IMG/VR virus record: IMGVR_UViG_3300023178_001963
Length of the DNA stretch: 64,000 bases
Strand: one strand, 5' to 3'
Source of the DNA: a virus
Made by a program: the position numbers and the translations under genes. The notes below the pieces were generated by a model. That model did no database searches. It was not told the origin of the DNA and saw only the letters and a list, made by a program, of their open reading frames with translations. Shown here piece by piece: positions 28,602 to 38,687 of the stretch. How positions within the stretch are numbered: the first letter of the stretch is position 1; every line of letters begins with the position of its first letter.

Positions 28602-29240
28602 ATGGCTAAGTTTCTTAAACATGTAGGTAGACATGATGGAACTGGACAACGTTTAAGTACAGTGTTCATGCAACTACCTGATGAAAAAGACTATGCTTTA
28701 GTTGTTTATAGTGATTCATTACCAGATCGATACCATGATGCTTACATGGAAGCTATTGAATCACCAGAAGGGCAAGCAACAAATAACTTGTATGAAGTTC
28801 TTACACGTAAAGTATTTTGGCATGGTACACCTATGCTAGAAACACTTCACAAAGAAGGCCATCTTAAAAAACTTCCAACAAATTCTATTATTATGACACC
28901 TAATTCAAATACTAACGTTAGGCTATCAGAAATTTTAGAACAAATGGATCAGGTTGATTCAGATACCCCGGCGCCAGTAGAAGAGGTACCAGCATCAGCA
29001 CCATCACAGGTAGATGCTAATGTAGAAGATTCAAAAAAGGACGAAAATCGTGCTATTGCTCAAAATCTAATGGTTCAAGCTAATTTACTTGAACAGGATG
29101 CAATCGCAAAACGTGAAGAAGCATACAAATATGATCCTTCATTGCGTCCATCTGAAGCAAAGCCTAAGGTTCGTGTAACAACAAAAGCAAAAACAGACGC
29201 ACCAAAGAAACGTGGTCGTCCAAAGAAGTCGGAGGCTTAA
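28602..29240 (+). CDS. hypothetical protein
   Basis: LKHVG start; C-terminal AT-hook-like KKRGRPKK. Confidence 0.6.
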   Translation: MAKFLKHVGRHDGTGQRLSTVFMQLPDEKDYALVVYSDSLPDRYHDAYMEAIESPEGQATNNLYEVLTRKVFWHGTPMLETLHKEGHLKKLPTNSIIMTPNSNTNVRLSEILEQMDQVDSDTPAPVEEVPASAPSQVDANVEDSKKDENRAIAQNLMVQANLLEQDAIAKREEAYKYDPSLRPSEAKPKVRVTTKAKTDAPKKRGRPKKSEA

Positions 29241-29513
29241 ATGTCAAGTAAGCGTAGTAGTATATTAAGTAGAATTGAACAGGAGCGTATACGCCAGGCA
29301 GATATCCCTGGTAGTGAATGGGATGCTAAAAACAAACCAAATGATTGGATTGCAATCGCTTCTTATTATCTTGTACAAGAAACTAAACGTGCTACTATGC
29401 TTACTCCTCCATCCACAACCGATTTTGAAAGTGAACTTATTAAGTCGGCAGCAGTTATTCTAGCAGCGTTAGAACACGTTGAAGTAATGAAAGAAAATGG
29501 TGATCTAAGCTGA
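29241..29513 (+). CDS. hypothetical protein, possibly MazG-like helical fold
   Basis: ERIRQ...W...DW...ELIKSAAVILAALE pattern. Confidence 0.4.
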   Translation: MSSKRSSILSRIEQERIRQADIPGSEWDAKNKPNDWIAIASYYLVQETKRATMLTPPSTTDFESELIKSAAVILAALEHVEVMKENGDLS

Positions 29514-29830
29514 TGAAGTTTGATAGAGAAAATGAGTTTGATAGAATTATGGAAGAAATACTTCCTCTTAGTATACCAGCATCATATGTAAAAACTATCG
29601 TAGTTAAAATGAGAAATGGTTCGGTAATCTATCTATCGGGAGAAGAGTTACTAAATCCGCTCCCAATGTCAGGAGACTTTAGTTGGTCAGAAGTTGCTAA
29701 AAACTTTGAAGCAATTGATGATGTTGAAGTATTAGTAGACATACCAGAATTACGTGATAGCGTAATTAAAAATGTTAAAAATATTTTAAAGAAACATTTT
29801 GACAGTTATAAAGGCGATGATAATGATTAG
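29513..29830 (+). CDS. hypothetical protein
   Basis: 105 aa, coupled start/stop. Confidence 0.55.
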   Translation: MKFDRENEFDRIMEEILPLSIPASYVKTIVVKMRNGSVIYLSGEELLNPLPMSGDFSWSEVAKNFEAIDDVEVLVDIPELRDSVIKNVKNILKKHFDSYKGDDND

Positions 29831-30335
29831 TATGTTGTTGTCTGTTGACAAGAACAACGGTATAGGATATAAAAATGGGATGCCATGGCCTATCAGTGAT
29901 TCATACCAACACTACTTAAATTCAACATTAAAAGATAATGTTGTTATTATGGGATCTAAATCTTGGCAAAGATTTAGATCAATCCCAAAGACACAATCAT
30001 ATGTAATAACAACAAAAGATATATCCAACTTCCCTGGAGTATTCGATTGCTATGATTATACGGCACATACTATGCGTGATATATTAGATGCGATTGATTT
30101 TAGACATCCAGGCAAATCTAAAATAATAGTTGGCGGAGCAACATTATTCGAACAATGTCATAATATGTGTGATATAATTTATTATTGTAAAGTACAAGGT
30201 TCCTATAAATGTGACAGAACATTAGATACTGGTAACTATTTTCATGGATACAGAAAAGAGTACGAAAGAGTATTATACGGTAATAGACACAATCCAACAG
30301 TTAACGCAGAAAGATGGAGTAGAAAAAAAGTATGA
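29823..30335 (+). CDS. dihydrofolate reductase (divergent)
   Basis: VDKNNGIGYKNGMPW, VIMGSKSW, IVGGATLF, CD; immediately upstream of thyA. Confidence 0.8.
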   Translation: MISMLLSVDKNNGIGYKNGMPWPISDSYQHYLNSTLKDNVVIMGSKSWQRFRSIPKTQSYVITTKDISNFPGVFDCYDYTAHTMRDILDAIDFRHPGKSKIIVGGATLFEQCHNMCDIIYYCKVQGSYKCDRTLDTGNYFHGYRKEYERVLYGNRHNPTVNAERWSRKKV

Positions 30336-31213
30336 ACACTTCTGAAGAAATGTATTTAGACTTACTTCACACAGTGATGGAAAAAGGCGAAGAACGTGAC
30401 AAGGAGCGAACTGGCGTAGGCACAAAATCTATTTTTATGTCAATGCTAAACTTTGATTTTAAAGATGGATTCCCACTTTTAACTACAAAGAAAGTCCCAT
30501 TCAAATCTGTACTAAGTGAACTGCTTTGGTTCATTGAAGGATCCACAGATGAACGCAGATTAGCAGAAATACATTATGGTACAACATCTGGTAACATAAT
30601 GGACAAAAAAACTATCTGGACAGCCAATGCTGATAATCAAGGTAAAGAATTAGGTTACATCAATACAGCATTAACAAAGCATCTAGGACCTGTGTACGGA
30701 AAGCAATGGAGACGCTGGGAGAAGCCAGAGGGCGGGCATATAGATCAACTAGCTAACTTGATTGAGAATATAAAAACCAATCCACAATCACGTAGACATA
30801 TTCTTTCTGCTTGGAATGTAGCAGATATCGACAAGATGGCATTACCACCATGTCACACATTCTCACAATTTTATGTTAATAATAATGGAGAACTAAGCTG
30901 CAATCTGTATCAACGTAGTGCTGATTTATTCTTGGGCGTGCCGTTCAACATTGCGTCATACTCACTATTAACACATATGATTGCACAAGTATGTGAACTT
31001 AAAGTGGGAGAGTTTTTTCACACTATCGGTGATGCTCACATTTATATGAACCATATAGATGCGGTTAAGGAGCAATTAGAAAGAGAACCAAATGATTATC
31101 CAAATTTGGTAATCAATCCAGATATTAAATCAATTGACGATTTCAAAATGAATGATTTTGAAATTAAAGACTATAACAGTCATGGGACTATCAAAGCGGA
31201 TATGGCAGTATGA
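30332..31213 (+). CDS. thyA: thymidylate synthase
   Basis: RTGVGT, FPLLTTKK, ELLWF, LGPVYGKQWR, MALPPCH, YQRSADLFLGVPFNIASY, GDAHIY. Confidence 0.97.
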   Translation: MNTSEEMYLDLLHTVMEKGEERDKERTGVGTKSIFMSMLNFDFKDGFPLLTTKKVPFKSVLSELLWFIEGSTDERRLAEIHYGTTSGNIMDKKTIWTANADNQGKELGYINTALTKHLGPVYGKQWRRWEKPEGGHIDQLANLIENIKTNPQSRRHILSAWNVADIDKMALPPCHTFSQFYVNNNGELSCNLYQRSADLFLGVPFNIASYSLLTHMIAQVCELKVGEFFHTIGDAHIYMNHIDAVKEQLEREPNDYPNLVINPDIKSIDDFKMNDFEIKDYNSHGTIKADMAV

Positions 31214-31839
31214 GTTTTGACTTCTTAACATTAACAGCATATGGTGATCAAATAGAATTAAAGCCAACTATAGATGGAAAGAAGTTTGTTCGCTGGTCAG
31301 AAGACAACTTCAAGTATGTTAGATATAATCCAAGACACGATGTTAATCGTTGGGGGTTAAGTATAACTAGTTTAGATGGTGGGCTTAGTGGTGTACCAGA
31401 TTTAGATAGCCTACATCAATATAATATAGAAAACAATACTAGTCATGCTGAAACAGACTTTGATGTAGTCACACCAGTTTACGAACAATATAAAGAACTT
31501 CAACAAATTATTGAACCATGGAAAAATTACATGTTTCGTTCACATGTAATCAGATTAGGCCCGGGAGGTTTTTTCCCACCACACCGTGACACATATCATT
31601 ATGATATCAATACTTTTAGATTAATTGTTCCATTACACAATTGTAACCCACCAAATGTTTTCTTCAACTTAGAAGAAAACGCAATGCATTGGGAACAGGG
31701 ACGTATGTACTTTCTTAATACAACTAAAGTACATACCCTTTTTAATGCTAGTTTTGATAATAGTTACTGGATTGTTTTTAACATAAAATGTAATAAAGAT
31801 TCGGTAAACGCTGTTTTGAGAAACTTAAAACAAAATTAG
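31210..31839 (+). CDS. 2OG-Fe(II) oxygenase (AspH-like)
   Basis: FFPPHRD (HxD), HTLFN distal His, jelly-roll pattern. Confidence 0.7.
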   Translation: MSFDFLTLTAYGDQIELKPTIDGKKFVRWSEDNFKYVRYNPRHDVNRWGLSITSLDGGLSGVPDLDSLHQYNIENNTSHAETDFDVVTPVYEQYKELQQIIEPWKNYMFRSHVIRLGPGGFFPPHRDTYHYDINTFRLIVPLHNCNPPNVFFNLEENAMHWEQGRMYFLNTTKVHTLFNASFDNSYWIVFNIKCNKDSVNAVLRNLKQN

Positions 31840-32948
31840 ACTTTTCTCTTTGGTATTTTACTATCGGCTGAACTTACACAACTTTTGCTAATACAAGGCA
31901 TCGGTTTATCAAATAGTTTAAATCCACTCTCAATATATCCTAATGGTTGATCTGCACAACTATATGAACGTTTGATGGATCCGTCAGGTTCACGTATAAT
32001 AATTCCTTGATATCCACTGTTACAACTCCATCCTTCAAAATTATTAAAGTTAAAAGCATTGAAACGTTCTGCTTGGTCCATATACCACTTCTTACCTTTT
32101 GAATCAGTGAACTCTACCTGCATATGCCATGGAACGCTTTTATCATTTTCACCAATAGCGTACTGTGGCATTTCAAATGTAGGCTTCGGTCTACCCTCCC
32201 ATTTTCTTTTTACTTCAGTATAAGCCATTTGAGGCATACCATTCCACAAACGCTTCATTTGTTCTTCTGTATATCCTTCAACAACTTTTGACGCTGTTGG
32301 GTCACTTTGGGGTTTGAGGGTAACGTTGATTCCTTGCTCGTGGAAGAAAAGAGCATTTTCCCAATCTTTTTCAAACCACTCGGGAACCATGACCATGTTG
32401 ATTGTAATCTGTACATCGTGTTCCTGACACAGGATTAATTTGTCTGCAAATTCCTGCATCTTCTCCTTCGTGTCTAAATGCTCTGTATGTAAACTTGCTG
32501 TAATACTTGCTCTATGAAAAGGTTTCGCTCTTTCCACATAATCCTCAAACCACTTAAGTGGGCGAGAACAATTACTAGTCATATGTATACTAGTATAGTT
32601 AGTATTAGGAACATCATCAGCCAAATGGCCCAGTATGTCCAAGTATCCAGGGTGGAAGGTAGGCTCGCCCCCACTAAGACTAAAGTGAAAACTATTAAAT
32701 CCATTATCACGTGCTTGCCTCTTTATTTCATCTACTGTTGCTAGACACAACTCTGTTGGTCTGTGATCTTTTCTGTCACTTCTGGCATAGGGCCAGCAAT
32801 AACTACATCTATAGTTACAGAAGCGTCCAAGTAACCATGACACTGTAAATAAGTCACGGTAAAGTAATGTACGCTGTCCTACTTGTACTAAATCATCAAA
32901 AGGTATTTTAGTAAAGTCATACTCACTCCATTTTAAGTCTTCACTCAT
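31836..32948 (-). CDS. radical SAM protein
   Basis: CNYRCSYC, SGGEPT, C-terminal Cys cluster; start likely MSEDLK at 32948. Confidence 0.88.
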   Translation of the reverse strand: MSEDLKWSEYDFTKIPFDDLVQVGQRTLLYRDLFTVSWLLGRFCNYRCSYCWPYARSDRKDHRPTELCLATVDEIKRQARDNGFNSFHFSLSGGEPTFHPGYLDILGHLADDVPNTNYTSIHMTSNCSRPLKWFEDYVERAKPFHRASITASLHTEHLDTKEKMQEFADKLILCQEHDVQITINMVMVPEWFEKDWENALFFHEQGINVTLKPQSDPTASKVVEGYTEEQMKRLWNGMPQMAYTEVKRKWEGRPKPTFEMPQYAIGENDKSVPWHMQVEFTDSKGKKWYMDQAERFNAFNFNNFEGWSCNSGYQGIIIREPDGSIKRSYSCADQPLGYIESGFKLFDKPMPCISKSCVSSADSKIPKRKV

Positions 32949-33571
32949 AGTCGTCCAAATCCCCATTGTCTTTCTTCACACCACCAACAATAACCACACT
33001 GTTCTACTGTAGGATCAATGTCTGGTAGATGTTTCATCGTGTCATCCATCCATTCACAACTACTAGTTAACTCAAACAAATCTAATAAGTTATGTTTTCT
33101 ATATAAATTAGCAATACCACGTTTATCTATATTAGCAAATGGTAATCTAACTTTACCATCAAACAGAATTTCAGGGCGATTACCGTCTGGTGTTCTATCA
33201 TCTACTGGACCATCTTTACTAATGAAACTCTCAACGACATCTGCCGGCGGATTAGCTGTAGCACCATTATAAAAACAACTTATAGTATTACTATCTAATA
33301 ATGAACTAAGATCCTCGTTCAAGTTTTCTAATGTCTGATGTGGTATATGTCTTAATCTATGGTCATAGTTTGTAAATCCAGTAGCATTGCTACAGTACTC
33401 TATGATAGAAGGAGTTCTTTTTGCATTACGTTCAAATTTATCTGCTGCTGCTACTGTACATATGTACATTTTATTTTTATGTACAGACATCAGTAAGTAC
33501 AATAGAAGTGCGCTATCTGCACCTCCACTGACTGATACTCCTATAGGTTCATTCGGTGTTTCTATAATCAT
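32945..33571 (-). CDS. QueC-like PP-loop ATP pyrophosphatase
   Basis: VSVSGGADSALL, PFANIDK, SSC...CGYCWWCEER. Confidence 0.72.
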   Translation of the reverse strand: MIIETPNEPIGVSVSGGADSALLLYLLMSVHKNKMYICTVAAADKFERNAKRTPSIIEYCSNATGFTNYDHRLRHIPHQTLENLNEDLSSLLDSNTISCFYNGATANPPADVVESFISKDGPVDDRTPDGNRPEILFDGKVRLPFANIDKRGIANLYRKHNLLDLFELTSSCEWMDDTMKHLPDIDPTVEQCGYCWWCEERQWGFGRL

Positions 33572-34521
33572 AATTCTTCTTTTATAAATGTATCACGCTT
33601 CATTTGCTTACATACTTGCATACAGCGAGGAACAGGATTATCCCCATCCCAACTATCAATAATGCCCTTCCACACTTTACTGTTTATGGCATCTTCAATA
33701 CTTGCGTTTTCTAAATTTATCGTATTTTTATAATCGTTTTCTTCTAGTAGTGTTTCAAATTCATCTTTGTGAATACCTGTTACATTATATTCCATCATTT
33801 TACTATTTAAATGACAACAAGGTATTACGTTACCAGTATGATTAATAAAGATACGCTTTTGATTTCCATATTTACAACTCACATATGGTATCTCTACTGC
33901 GTTATCTATGTCTTCAGTCTTTGCCGCTTTCACACCTTTAGTGTCTTTACGATGACTAATAATAGTTTTAAAATTTTTAAACCCTTCGTCAGATGCTTTT
34001 TGTTTTGCTTCTTCCATCTGATGTTCGTTATGTTCAAAAACAATGAACTGCCAATTACTTCGACCACCTGCTGCGTTAAATGCTTTATAGTTTTGTTCTA
34101 CTTTTTTAAAGCTACTGCCTTCTCTATAAACTTCACTTAGTTCATCACTTCCATCGATTCCCCAGGTAACTGCGTGGCTCTCTGGTAGTAGTCCTGCTAA
34201 GTCTGTCCACCATTGTGGGTGACGCAAACTGCCATTAGTAGCAATGTTAATATGCGCACCCCAATCAGCAAAGTGTCTTATGATATCAAAGAATTGTGGG
34301 TGCGATGTGGGTTCGTCTACACTGCCACAAAAATTTATAATCTTAATACTTGGAAACATATCTTTTTGAAATCGTTCACGTATTGTATCAATTGTAATAT
34401 ATTCTTTGTTTAATATTTTATCAGCATGTTTAGATATAACTCTAAAACATCCTTTACATTGGATGTTACAAAAACTTGTTAGTTCTATATCTAACCATTC
34501 TATTGTTTTCATATCCCACAT
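33568..34521 (-). CDS. radical SAM/SPASM-twitch protein
   Basis: CNIQCKGC, ATNG, GNVIPCC, C-terminal CMQVC. Confidence 0.88.
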   Translation of the reverse strand: MWDMKTIEWLDIELTSFCNIQCKGCFRVISKHADKILNKEYITIDTIRERFQKDMFPSIKIINFCGSVDEPTSHPQFFDIIRHFADWGAHINIATNGSLRHPQWWTDLAGLLPESHAVTWGIDGSDELSEVYREGSSFKKVEQNYKAFNAAGGRSNWQFIVFEHNEHQMEEAKQKASDEGFKNFKTIISHRKDTKGVKAAKTEDIDNAVEIPYVSCKYGNQKRIFINHTGNVIPCCHLNSKMMEYNVTGIHKDEFETLLEENDYKNTINLENASIEDAINSKVWKGIIDSWDGDNPVPRCMQVCKQMKRDTFIKEEL

Positions 34522-34533
34522 TATGTATTCTCT

Positions 34534-35163
34534 TTATATTACATATGTTTTTATAGATTTACTATGAGAAACTATATTTCTAAAAACAGTACCATCATCA
34601 TTTAGTACAGTATTCCACGTATGTTCTTTATTAGGAAAACCTATACCCAATTGATAGTGTGGTTTTGAAAAAAATTCAATATCTGTTTCGCCTGTAACTT
34701 CTGTTACTAATTCAGCAATATCTTTTGAATCAAAACATTGATTGTATCCGGTACGGTATCCTAAAGCATTCGCTGCAAATGCTACAGCGCCACTGCTAAT
34801 TCCCATAGCAGTTCTGGCATTTAATAACCATGGATCAAAAAATCCTTGAGTGTTTTTCCAATCTCCAATGCCTTCTTTTTTAAGTTCAAACCAAGTAAAC
34901 ACCACAGGTGCATCAACTTGTGCGTTTCTACCTACAGTTTGTTGATTATCTGGATCTTCTGCCAATTCATAAAATTTACGATTTAAATCTCTATCGGTTG
35001 ATACTACTAATCTGTAAAATTCATCATTAGATTTAGTAGGCATGTTTATTGCTATATCAATTAGCGCATGTACATGTTCTTCTGGAACCGATTGTGTATG
35101 ATCCCAGTTACGTTGGCAATGTTCAGCGTTTTTGCTTGCTTCAATTAATTCATTTACATTCAT
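34534..35163 (-). CDS. nitroreductase-family protein
   Basis: HCQRNW, MPTKSN, AMGISSG...ANALGYRTG, LGIGFP. Confidence 0.65.
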   Translation of the reverse strand: MNVNELIEASKNAEHCQRNWDHTQSVPEEHVHALIDIAINMPTKSNDEFYRLVVSTDRDLNRKFYELAEDPDNQQTVGRNAQVDAPVVFTWFELKKEGIGDWKNTQGFFDPWLLNARTAMGISSGAVAFAANALGYRTGYNQCFDSKDIAELVTEVTGETDIEFFSKPHYQLGIGFPNKEHTWNTVLNDDGTVFRNIVSHSKSIKTYVI

Positions 35164-36374
35164 TTTGTGTTCTCAAATATACTCATGTCTTCAATGTGTT
35201 GAGGTAAAATACTCATTAGTTCATCACGTTCAATACTCTTAGGTGTACACATACCGCATCCACAATGCTTTCCAGGACCTAGAGGGCATGTTATAATAGG
35301 CATTGTTTTATTTTCTATATTAGTACGGAACTCTTCTATAATCTTATCGCATTCTGAAATAGATCCAATTGGACCACGTGTACCATCAAAACGTGCTTGA
35401 CAAGTTTGGTGATGCCAGATAGTATCTGTTTGTTGTTCAATATGTAAAAAGAACCAGTTGACACTACATTGCCAGTTTCGAAACTTAGCAAACTCTAAAA
35501 ATGTGCTTTTACTCCAGCAACCATCTGTACCGCAAGTTTCCATTGTGCGACTACCACAACACGGTCTACCCAACTGTCTAGCAAATTTCTTTTCTTCTGT
35601 TTTTTCGACTTGTACAGCACCAGCTTCGTGTCCTACTTCTGCTTCTGCTTCTTCCGTAGTTTTATCTTTATTAAGTGCTGCATTTTTATCTGCCCAATAA
35701 TCTTTCATCCACTGTAATTGTTCTTCAGTATATTTATGGGCATAACTATTTTTACTATCTTCGTGTTCACCAATCATACGCGGAACGTAACCGATACCAT
35801 CACGTTCGAAACGCATACATAATTCTTTACATTCATCCCAATATTCAGCATGGAACATAACATTAATTTTGATTGGGAATCCTTTTTCAGTTAGATAGTA
35901 AATGTTATTAACAACTTGTTTTTTTAAACTTGAATGTGCTTCCGCATGGTAACTGATAGTCATAAAGCCATAGTTTTCGCAAACACTGTCTGCCATCTTT
36001 TTACCGAAAGCACCGTTACTAGTAATAGTCAAGTTTAGTCTATAATCATCTTTATAATTTTCACGCCATGTTTGCTGTAGCCATTCGCCAAACTCTAAAA
36101 AGTTTGGATTGTTTGTAGGTTCACCACCAGTAAAATTGATGTTTATACCTTTATTTTTTTTATAAGGCATCATTAAATTTGCGTAATCAAAAATAAATCT
36201 GCCAGTCTTTTTTAAAGTTTCTAAATTAGCATGTGGTGAAAAGTTATCGTGTCTATGTGGTGGACAATATGTACAGTCATAGTTACAACGTCTACCCACA
36301 TCCCACGTTACAGTAAGATTGTCACCATCCAGCAAATTGATTGCTGTAAAATCAGTGTATTCTAAATCTTTCAT
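35160..36374 (-). CDS. radical SAM protein
   Basis: CNYDCTYC, FTGGEPT, TSNG, multiple C-terminal Cys (CGCGMC). Confidence 0.88.
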   Translation of the reverse strand: MKDLEYTDFTAINLLDGDNLTVTWDVGRRCNYDCTYCPPHRHDNFSPHANLETLKKTGRFIFDYANLMMPYKKNKGININFTGGEPTNNPNFLEFGEWLQQTWRENYKDDYRLNLTITSNGAFGKKMADSVCENYGFMTISYHAEAHSSLKKQVVNNIYYLTEKGFPIKINVMFHAEYWDECKELCMRFERDGIGYVPRMIGEHEDSKNSYAHKYTEEQLQWMKDYWADKNAALNKDKTTEEAEAEVGHEAGAVQVEKTEEKKFARQLGRPCCGSRTMETCGTDGCWSKSTFLEFAKFRNWQCSVNWFFLHIEQQTDTIWHHQTCQARFDGTRGPIGSISECDKIIEEFRTNIENKTMPIITCPLGPGKHCGCGMCTPKSIERDELMSILPQHIEDMSIFENTK

Positions 36375-37822
36375 TTTATTGGAGTCTCCAAAAATTCTAT
36401 TATGTCCGGATGAATGTAATCATTATAACATTGATTTCTACTCATGTCAAACACTTTTATTTCTTTTAGCATATTCAATCTATGTTGTTCTGTTATTTCT
36501 AAATCTAAGTTTGCTTCTAAGAAAGAAATACCACTTGTCATATTAGTATGATAATAATCATTATTATGACTATAATTTTCTTTGATATTTTTAAATTTTT
36601 CTATCAAGTCTAACTTTATATGTTTAGGTAAAAACTTAACATTTATGTATTTTTCTTCGGGCCAAAGCAAGTCTAAAAAGAATACAGCAAATTCATTTGA
36701 TTTTCTACCATACTCTTTATGTAAACTATAATGAAACTCTACTAAATCCTCTAAGTAATGTGCATTTAGCACACTAAGAACGACATTGAAACTAAAGTTT
36801 TTTATGAATCCATATGGTGTTCTTTTATAATTAATATCTTTGACAGATTCTAAAATATTTCTTAAACTCTTTTCTAATACTGAAAATTTCATAGGGTATC
36901 TTATATATTCATAATTTTTCCCATATCCATCGATACTACAATTTAATACAAGACCGTCAAACTTTTTTAACTTTTCTATATTTTCATTTGAAAACTTAGT
37001 AGCATTAGTATGGAACTCTAACATAATATTTTTTGAGGCTCCAGTTTCAATAGCCGTATCTAAAAACTGTATAAAAGGTTTACTCATAAGAGTTTCACCA
37101 CCAGTTGCTTTTATATGTTTTAAATTATGTATATTGTCTAATATATTTTCCCACTGTTTTCCGTCTTTCCAGTTGTATACTTGGTATTCGCCACCTATGT
37201 ATAATTCTTGATCCGTTCTCTTTTGTTCTTCTAACGATAATTCAGTAAGAGAATTTTCTTTTATGATAGTATCTCTGCGTTTCTGCCAATCAAATCCTTG
37301 AATACCACTTGTGTCCACATTGTTATCGGCAAAATATTGATAGTCTAATCTAAGTTTATTACTTAAACCTGGTTGACACATACGACATCTCAAATTACAG
37401 TTTTCACCAAACGCAAAATCAATAGAACTTAATTTTGGATTTTCTATAAGATCATCTAATTCGTCTTCGTCTGTTATTTTTAATAAGCCAGGAGGCATGC
37501 TGTCTAATCTATAACTATAAACGTCATCTCCATTTCCGTTTTCTTCCATCTTCCAACACGTAGCACATGAAGGATGTCTTCTGTTAGTTAACGCATACTC
37601 TCTTATTTCATTCATCGTCTTGCCATGAAATATTTCTTCTGCGGTAATAGTATCAGGATTAGATATCAGTTCTATGTGGTTATTTAACGGATCAGGCATA
37701 TCAGGACGTATCGAATTACAGCACGGCGCAGCATTCGTAATGCCATACTTGTAATGCCAAGTCTTTAACGCCAGTAATGAAAATGGAAACCAGCAAAAAG
37801 TATTATCTTTAGTTGGTTTCAC
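36371..37822 (-). CDS. radical SAM protein with N-terminal twitch-like Cys module
   Basis: FCWFPF..PCC..CATCW; CNLRCRMC; TGGETL; YEYIRYP. Confidence 0.88.
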   Translation of the reverse strand: MKPTKDNTFCWFPFSLLALKTWHYKYGITNAAPCCNSIRPDMPDPLNNHIELISNPDTITAEEIFHGKTMNEIREYALTNRRHPSCATCWKMEENGNGDDVYSYRLDSMPPGLLKITDEDELDDLIENPKLSSIDFAFGENCNLRCRMCQPGLSNKLRLDYQYFADNNVDTSGIQGFDWQKRRDTIIKENSLTELSLEEQKRTDQELYIGGEYQVYNWKDGKQWENILDNIHNLKHIKATGGETLMSKPFIQFLDTAIETGASKNIMLEFHTNATKFSNENIEKLKKFDGLVLNCSIDGYGKNYEYIRYPMKFSVLEKSLRNILESVKDINYKRTPYGFIKNFSFNVVLSVLNAHYLEDLVEFHYSLHKEYGRKSNEFAVFFLDLLWPEEKYINVKFLPKHIKLDLIEKFKNIKENYSHNNDYYHTNMTSGISFLEANLDLEITEQHRLNMLKEIKVFDMSRNQCYNDYIHPDIIEFLETPIK

Positions 37823-38687
37823 CTAACTTTTCCTTTGCTGTTGCTTTTGCCCATTCACGTTCGGCACACCAATAACAGCCTCTATTAGGATCATCTGATA
37901 ACTGATCGCACGTGGGTAGTGGTGTTTCGCCATGTACATATTTGGTGTGATCCACAAAATCATCTGGGAATATAACTTTATCACCTTCACAACTACGAGT
38001 AGTGTTAAGTAAATCTTCCCAACCACGTCTATAATATTGTGCCATAATAAAGTCTTTGGTGATAAGTTTCCAAGGATGAACCAGTACTGGATCTCTGAAG
38101 GCTGTATCATCTTTTTCAATATATTGTGGACATACGCTGGTAGTTGATAATCTTTCTTCATTCCATACTCTATCCCATGGACCTTTGGTATGATTTACCA
38201 CATCAGGTGCTGGATTATTTGTAATAAAATTATATACAGCATCTAACTTATATGTGTGAACAGCAAAACTATTGAAACTCTGTGTACATTGCCTATCACC
38301 GGTTGTCCCTAGTTTCTCTATAATACCAATAGCGCCTTCTTCTAACTCTGGTGGAATAAAATTCTGAATACGTTCCATACAAACATTTGGGAACATTTCA
38401 CGTATTTTATTATATACTTCTACACTAATAGGTGCTGCCCAAGGTCTATTATTCCAAACTCTTACGTTTGTTAAAAAATAGATTGCTGTGTTGTTTCCAT
38501 GTTTTTCAATTAACTCTGCTAGTATCGCTGTGCCAACAGCACTATCTGCGCCGCCACTAACATTTACACCAACACGTTTCCAAGTCGGATCATACGGATA
38601 TAATGCCTCGTCTACTTGATGTAATACATCAGTACTGATATTGTGCATTTCATAACTTTTATTACTTAAACTAACATCAAATGCCAT
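37809..38687 (-). CDS. QueC-like PP-loop ATP pyrophosphatase
   Basis: VNVSGGADSA, TRSCEG, CD...GCYWCAERE. Confidence 0.7.
   Translation of the reverse strand: MAFDVSLSNKSYEMHNISTDVLHQVDEALYPYDPTWKRVGVNVSGGADSAVGTAILAELIEKHGNNTAIYFLTNVRVWNNRPWAAPISVEVYNKIREMFPNVCMERIQNFIPPELEEGAIGIIEKLGTTGDRQCTQSFNSFAVHTYKLDAVYNFITNNPAPDVVNHTKGPWDRVWNEERLSTTSVCPQYIEKDDTAFRDPVLVHPWKLITKDFIMAQYYRRGWEDLLNTTRSCEGDKVIFPDDFVDHTKYVHGETPLPTCDQLSDDPNRGCYWCAEREWAKATAKEKLGETN

Noticed and set aside
29241-29513. dGTPase/MazG that would deplete dGTP for full G replacement
   Set aside because: Only a loose helical resemblance; the acidic ExxE metal motif is not evident
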